Shown in pieces: positions 47,565-53,885 of a stretch of 53,885 nucleotides of DNA. Within the stretch, counting starts at the first letter, position 1. Every line of letters starts with the position of its first letter. A model generated the notes under the pieces. That model was not told the origin of the DNA, did not search any database, and saw nothing but the letters and a program-made list of their open reading frames with translations. The DNA is from Saprolegnia diclina VS20. Its lineage: Eukaryota. The stretch covers positions 564,526 through 618,410 of the forward strand of contig NW_008246095.1 in the NCBI RefSeq assembly GCF_000281045.1, read 5' to 3'. The position numbers and the translations under genes are program-made.

Positions 47565-50500
47565 CTGCAGGTCGTGCCGTACAACCTCAAGTACTTTGCA
47601 GCGGGAGCGCCAATGCCCATGGACATGTTCAAGGCCACCAACATGACGTCCAGTACGCTGCCAAGATACGCTATTCAACAACTCATCTTGTGTATAGTGT
47701 GCGACCAGTGCCGCGCCTTCTTGCAGACGTACTGCGGGCCCGATCCGAGCTGCCGACAGCTCATGACCGACTTCCAGCGCAATATGAACCAAACGATCCT
47801 CAGCATGACCAAAGCCGGCAACGGAAGCTTCGTCGACGTCTCGGGTCTCATCGCGCGCAGCGTGCCGGCGTCGACATCGTCGCTTGCAGCGTCCGTCTTT
47901 GGGCTCTACCACTCGTGCCTCGCGCAATACCAGTGTTCGCTCGTGCAGATGCCACCCGGTGCGTCTGACGCGCCTGTCCTTGTCGCGAGCAACGAAACGC
48001 ACGTGGTGACGATCCGCAACACATCGGCCAGCTTTTCTCTCACATTGGCGTACCCGGCACTCAATGTGACCATGGCCATCCGCAGTTCCATGTCGCCAAG
48101 CGATATCCAGTTTGGGCTGGCGTCGCAGTGGAGTGCATCGATGCCGCCAAAGGCGTCCCTCGACTGCGCCGACATATGTTTCTTGACATTGACGTTTCCG
48201 TACTCGATTTTGCCGCTGTCACCCGCCGTTGTCGCCGTGAACGGCGCCACTGTCTCCATCGACAAGTCGCACACTGCGCTGCAAACCCTCAAGGTCGTCC
48301 GTGTGGATATGGCACCGGCGATGAACCCGACGATTGTTCAGAGCCGTACGTCGTCCTTTCGTTTCTATGACACTCATCGGTTGACTAGCGACGTGCAAGC
48401 GCTGTATGGAGTACATTGACAGCTGCTACAACAGTCCTTCTGGCTGTGCGAGCGTGCTCCTATGTGCGAGCGCAGACAACGGGACACAGACGGTGCTCAA
48501 CGGGTCCTTCGACGTGGCGTCCACCGGGCTCTACGCGACGCGAAGTGTCAACGTCTCGTCGTGCTTTACGAATGTGACGCTGGCGAGGGCGGCCCCGTAC
48601 CTCACAGCGACGAGTTGCTTTGCACTCAACATGTGCCCTCAGAACGCGACGCTGCGTCAGATCCTAGCCGATCGAAGTCTCGTGGCCGTGTTGACTCCTG
48701 GCATGCAGATGTTTGTTGTCTCGGGCGCCCTCACGGCGTCGGTGAGCCTCGAGTTCAGCCTCCTCGGCGCCTACCTCGGCAAGATAGAGTACCTCTCACT
48801 CTACTCGTCGCCGTTCGTGCTCACGAGCCAGCTCCAAGCGATGTTGGCAGCGTGGGGTGGGGTCTCTCTCTCGACCTTTCAAGCCACCAATGCGTCGTGG
48901 TACATTCAAATTTCGTACAACAACTACGTCGGACCGCTGCCGACGGTCACGATCACCTCGTCCGCGTCGGCCACGACGTCTCTTGTTAGTGCGCAGAGCC
49001 CGTTGCCAGCGTACCAAGTCGTGCCGCTCAGTGCGGTCAAGTTTGGGTTCCCGTACCAAGCCAATGCCAGGGTGCCAACAGCGGCCCCGATTCCTACGTC
49101 GCCGGCGCCATTGCCCATGTACGGTACCATCATGTTCCCGTCGGCGAGCCAAGCAAACAACACCGCGGCGATGAATGCGACGACACCGGCCATGGCCACT
49201 GGTAGGTGAGTCTCGATTGACTCTTCCTAAGATGGATGCTGTAGTCTGCGACGAGTGCCAAACGTACTTGCGCGCTAACTGCCTCTCAGACTCCAACTGC
49301 ACATCGCTTCTCATGAGTTTCCGGGCGGCCATCAACGCCAACGTATCCTCGCTGCTTGCCAATGGCTCGCTCATGTCGGCGCCGGTGCCGATTGCTTCGG
49401 TGCTTTCGGGACCTCAAACGATGTTTGCGACCACGTCGCTCAAGTCGATGACACCATTTGCGCTCTACTTCTCGTGCATGAGCAACTACCAGTGCGCACT
49501 CAACACGACAATGGTCAACGGAACGCTAAAGAACGTGGTCCTCTCGACGACGCCCGAAGTCCACGTCGTTACTGTGCCCAACACGACCGTGACCTTCAAC
49601 ACAACCATCTCGTACCCATCGCTCAACGTCTCGCTGGTCGTGACAAACAACGCGTCAAGCGGGCTCAATGACGCGCTCCAGTCAGTCTGGGGCGTCTCGC
49701 TAACGCCCACCGCTGTGCTCGCTTGCGAACTCACGTGCAACGTCACGCTGACATTCCCCAACCTTGCGATTCCGCTGCCATTGCCGATAGTCACGTCGTC
49801 GTTCGCGACGGCCGCCGCGATGCGCGCCGTGCTCGGCAACCAGACGCTGACGCTGTTGCCGACGACGATGATCACCAACACCGCCCTCGTGCTCAGCGGT
49901 ACGATTGGATCATATTTTCGTGAGTCTCAACAGTCTTTGTAGCAACGTGCAGTGCATGCGTGTCGCAGTTTAGCGCATGCGCTGCCAACGCGGCGTGTGC
50001 CAACATACTGAGCTGCTGGCGCACGAATGCATCGATTGCGTCGACCCTCAACGCTCTCCAAGCGACACCACAGTTGTTGTCGGTGAACGCGACGGCCAAT
50101 GCGACCCTCTGTTTTGCCAACCAAACCTTTGCGAGCGCGAGTCTCTTTGCCGCCGCGACGAGCTGCCTCCTCCAGAACAAGTGCCCTGTCGCTGCCGACT
50201 TGAGTCTCGCGGCCAACGTCACGTCCATCTTGGCCAACCGCATGATTGTTCCAACGGCGACGCCAGCGGTCCAAACGATCTTCTTGGACACGACCAACAA
50301 TGTGACTTTGCAGCTGAGTCTCTTTGGCTCGAGCGTTGGCAGCGTGCCCAATGTGGCATTTTCATCGGCATTGATGGTACAGTCGACTGTGCAGGCGCTA
50401 CTCTGGGGCCTCGGCCAAGTGAACGCCACGTACGTGATGACGACCCCGACCTCGTGGGCTCTCACGCTCTCGTACACGAACTACATTGCGCCGCTACCGA

Positions 50501-51855
50501 TCATCACAGTCGTTGGCGCGACCCAAAATATATCGTCCGTGCCACCGAGCTGGCTGTACAAAGTCGTCCCGTTCAACGTCACCGCGTTTGGCTTTCCGTA
50601 CACGACCAATAGCGCGGCTGTCTCGGCGCCGGCCATGCCGCTGAACGGTACGTCAAGATGCTCCGTACACTCGTTTAGGACTGTATTGTAGCCAAGTGCC
50701 AAGGCTGCGCGTCACTCGCCGCCCAGTGCGCCATGTCGGCGGCGTGCGCGTCGATCGTCTCGTGCGTCTCGGATTCGGTGACCGCCAACTTTACTACGGC
50801 GCTCGCGGCAGCCGCTTTGTGGTCGCCGATCGAGTACACGTCCGTGGTCGCGAGCTGCACGGCCAACGTCGCGTACTCTGCGTGGTATTTATACGCGCAG
50901 GTGATGACGTGCAACGACGTCAACGTGTGTCCGCTGCTGTCCACGACCGCGTCGGTCGCCGCAGGGCGAATGCTCACACCGTACTCGTCGAGCACGAAGC
51001 AACGCATCGAAGTGAACGCGACAGCCGGTGCCGTTCTGAACGTCAAGTTTGCGATCGGGTCGACGTACATCGGTGCGCTCCTCAACATGACGTCGGACAC
51101 GGCAGGATCCATGACGGCGGCCGATTTGACGCGGCAACTGCAGATGATGTTTGCCGGTATCGCTACGGTGAATACCATGACGTGGGTGGACACCAGCAGG
51201 GGGACGTGGTACATTGCCATCGCGTTTCTCACTTACTATGGCCCGCCGCCGACGCTTACTGTCTATGGCTCCTACAACGCGACGCAAGTACTCCTCGAAG
51301 AATCGCGCCACTTTGTACAAGTCGTGCCTTACGATGCACTGTCCTACTACCCGTACTAGACCCGCCGCCAATACATTACTACTGTAGTACTGGTCTGCGT
51401 TCAATCAGATATACATTGGAAACGTTTGCCAAGAGTTGCCTCCTTGTGTTTGTGCCACCGCTGCTTGCAGCACTTGGCGAACTGCAACCTCAGCCCACTC
51501 AATTGCTACGGTTTGTTCAGGGGTGCCGAGGCAGAACAAGCAAGCGCAACAAACGTACAACGGGACCTTCTCCGCCATGTTCGCTGGGCGTATCCACGTC
51601 TCGTCGCGTCTGACGAATGTGTCGCTGGCGAGGGCGGCCCCGTACACCAGTCCGTACCTCGCGTTCTGGAGTTGTTATGCGGCCAAAACTTCTCCGGTGG
51701 ATCCAACGTTGAGCCAGATCTCGGTCGGTCGTGACCTCACCTCGGGTGCCCTCATGGCGTTGGTGATCTTTGAATTTCATCTCCTCAGTGCCTTCCTTGG
51801 TCGAATTGCGTGCATTTCGCTTCTCTTCAACCAGCCTTCAACGGCGAAATTCTGA
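47565..51855 (+). CDS. Second array of Cys-rich/beta modules (paralogous to 38875->35551); probable continuation of the giant protein, last module degenerate
   Basis: Same module order and similar intron positions as 35551-38875. It starts mid-module at the gap ('LQVVPYNLKYF'). 51450-51855 is a frameshifted and deleted module. Confidence 0.65.
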
Positions 51856-52073
51856 GGTCTCCAAGTGCAAACGACCCGGAAATAAATACCGCGCCTGCTT
51901 TGCCATCCATAAAGAGCCTCGTGGAAGCGACGGGTCGCGAGCTAGCTCATTGGAGCATCGGCCATTGCATTCGCGGGCGGCGGTTGAGCGCAACAAATAG
52001 CGTGGGTTTCTAAACGCGGTGTTTTTAGCCGTTGCCGAACGTTTGCACGAGTAGCCAATCACAGCGCCGCGGC

Positions 52074-52173
52074 NNNNNNNNNNNNNNNNNNNNNNNNNNN
52101 NNNNNNNNNNNNNNNNNNNNNNNNNNNNNNNNNNNNNNNNNNNNNNNNNNNNNNNNNNNNNNNNNNNNNNNNN
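52074..52173. other. Assembly gap (100 N)
   Basis: Run of N. Confidence 1.
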
Positions 52174-52573
52174 CGAGATGCTTTGCGGCAAACATCTCGC
52201 GTCGAATCATGTGGTCCTTGGTCATCCATGGCATCTTCTGGCGCATCTCCCAGCGCAAATGCTGGACACTGGAGAGTATCTGCTGGATGCGACGAACTCC
52301 CAGCGGCACTTGCTGGTCGAAACGTAGCTGTCGGGCAGTGAAAATGCCCTTGGAAGCCGCCGTGATGAGGCGCCGAAGGTCCCGCGGGCTAAGCTTTGGC
52401 TTGCGACCCGGCCGTTTCGCCGTGTTGTAGGCCTTCGGGTTCTTCACAAAGTTGTTGACAACCTTGGGTGAGCGCTTGAGCTTCTTGGCGATCGCTCTGT
52501 TGGACAAACCGCACTCTTTGAATGCCAAAATGCGCTCGCGTTCGCTGGGCGTCAAAACCGTCCCTCGTGGCAT
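52174..52573 (-). CDS. Tc3-like transposase, N-terminal paired-HTH DNA-binding region (truncated by gap)
   Basis: 'MPRGTVLTPSERERI...SNRAIAKKLKRS...KRPGRKPKLSPRDLRRLITAAS...TARQL' aligns by eye with the Tc3A N-terminus. Confidence 0.88.
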
Positions 52574-52896
52574 GGTTACGATTGCTAGAGGAGCGCGGAA
52601 CGTAAGATATACATCAAAGAAGCATTCAGCGAGGCCATCGTAACCGAGATACTCGCAGCAAAGCGTGTACGCGCCCACAGAAGTCCCCGCGGTGAAGTGA
52701 GGCTATATAGTTTCGTCGGCGTACCTGTCGATTTTTCACTTTGTTGACGACTTCAAAGTGACGGCAGCTCCGTTTTGCCTCGTTGACCCCACGATTGAAT
52801 CACCCAATCACAGGCTTCGATTTGACACGTCGTGCGTTAAACGAATCTTATTGGTTCCTGAAATTTTGCCTGAGGCTATAGATGTTGCCCGCACTG
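52174..52896 (-). mobile_element. Tc1/mariner superfamily, Tc3-like DNA transposon (5' part)
   Basis: The minus strand begins TA|CAGTGCGGGCAACATCTATAG at 52896, resembling the Tc3 end CAGTGTGGGAAAGTTCTATAG. A transposase ORF follows. The 3' part is lost in the gap. Confidence 0.8.
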
Positions 52897-52999
52897 TATA
52901 TACCCTTGGTCAAAGGGAACTATATTCACGTTTTACTATATAGAATAACGTTACTATTATTTCATCCCAGTCCATGCCTAATGACAAGTCTTCAGGGGG

Positions 53000-53600
53000 C
53001 TATACAACGTTCGGATAAATAAGAGGTTGGTCGGGTGAGGGAGGAGGTCTTGAGCTGGTCGCGGGCTCAGGCAAACGTCGGCTTGAGCTGGAGGCCGAGT
53101 GGGTACTCGGCGGTGAGGACCCGGTACCCGCGCTGCCCGAGGAGGAGCGATGCCGCCGCAGCGAAACGCTGGTGTATGGGCGACGTGGCGTCGAGCAGGC
53201 GGAGCCGCCGTCGGATCGCCGGCGCACTTGGTCGTAGACGGCACACAGGTGCTTGTAGGCGGCCGCGGTACCTTCAGCGGCGGATACGACGATCCGACCT
53301 TGTCGGTCGAGGTGCACGCGCGTCGCGGGGTTGCCTTGACACATGTGCGCTGCGAGTTGTGTCCACGTGAACCAGTGCCCGCTCGGGGTCATAAAGTCGC
53401 GGATCACCCGGAACCCATTGCCGGCACCGTGCAATCACCGGGCCCGACCCAGCGCGTGCTTGACACGCTTGGCGGCGTGGCGAATCGTGTCGATGGCCAT
53501 GGGCTCATACGTCGTGAGCCACACGGGCATGTTGGTGACCATGTCGTATGTAGGTGGTACCGCGACGCGTTTGGCCCACGCCGTCTTGGGCCACACCCCG
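53000..53600 (-). pseudogene. Probable decayed non-LTR retroelement ORF2 fragment
   Basis: Two in-frame ORF pieces ('MPVWLT...', 'NGFRVIRDF..GHW') are split by a single TGA at 53435-53437. They resemble the post-RT region of oomycete LINE-like proteins, but no catalytic motif is visible. Confidence 0.35.
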
Positions 53601-53885
53601 GATTTTCCGATTTGAATTGGATACCGTTTCGTGATACACCTTGAGTATTGACGGCCTTGTAAGGTATGAGCAACGCCATACATATCTTTGCCGGGACTTT
53701 GCGCCGAGATGCCGATACGCGATCTGTGCAGGTTGCAGCTTACAGCTCGTAATATCGCGGGATGGTTGGTTGTTAGGTACTAAGAGGGAGCTCGTGACCT
53801 TTCAACAAGACACGTGAAATCCTTTTAGGATTTTGCAGCTTTTTTACAGAGGACGTCGTGGCATGCAGTAGACAACTCGACTCGA

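Noticed and set aside
1..53885. tRNA, rRNA or prokaryotic defence systems
   Set aside because: None recognised by eye; a tRNAscan-SE or Infernal run would be needed to exclude small RNA genes.

Overview
Gene-dense, GC-rich eukaryotic DNA with many 40-55 bp GT-AG introns. Gene content and style point to an oomycete, probably Saprolegniales (inference). From left to right: MNS1-like coiled-coil protein; FAM13-like RhoGAP/IQ protein; LC8-family dynein light chain; RIC1 with an inserted PDZ + acyl-CoA-binding (ACB) pair; PRP19; TMEM198/DUF4203-like membrane protein; PH-CaMKK-like kinase fused to two RyR repeats; a ~440 bp near-perfect palindrome; myristoylated TKL kinase; ICME-like esterase; an acidic hypothetical protein; NOP16; a PIN(asteroid/FAM120-like)-DEAH helicase fusion directly downstream of XRN2; a giant secreted repeat protein; a CobW/COG0523 GTPase; a Tc3-like transposon; and a probable retroelement remnant. 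There are three 100-N gaps. An 856 bp inverted duplication abutting two of them suggests the 35.5-47.5 kb contig is mis-oriented, or less likely truly invertible. All domain calls come from manual motif recognition, not database searches. Intron boundaries were inferred by eye.
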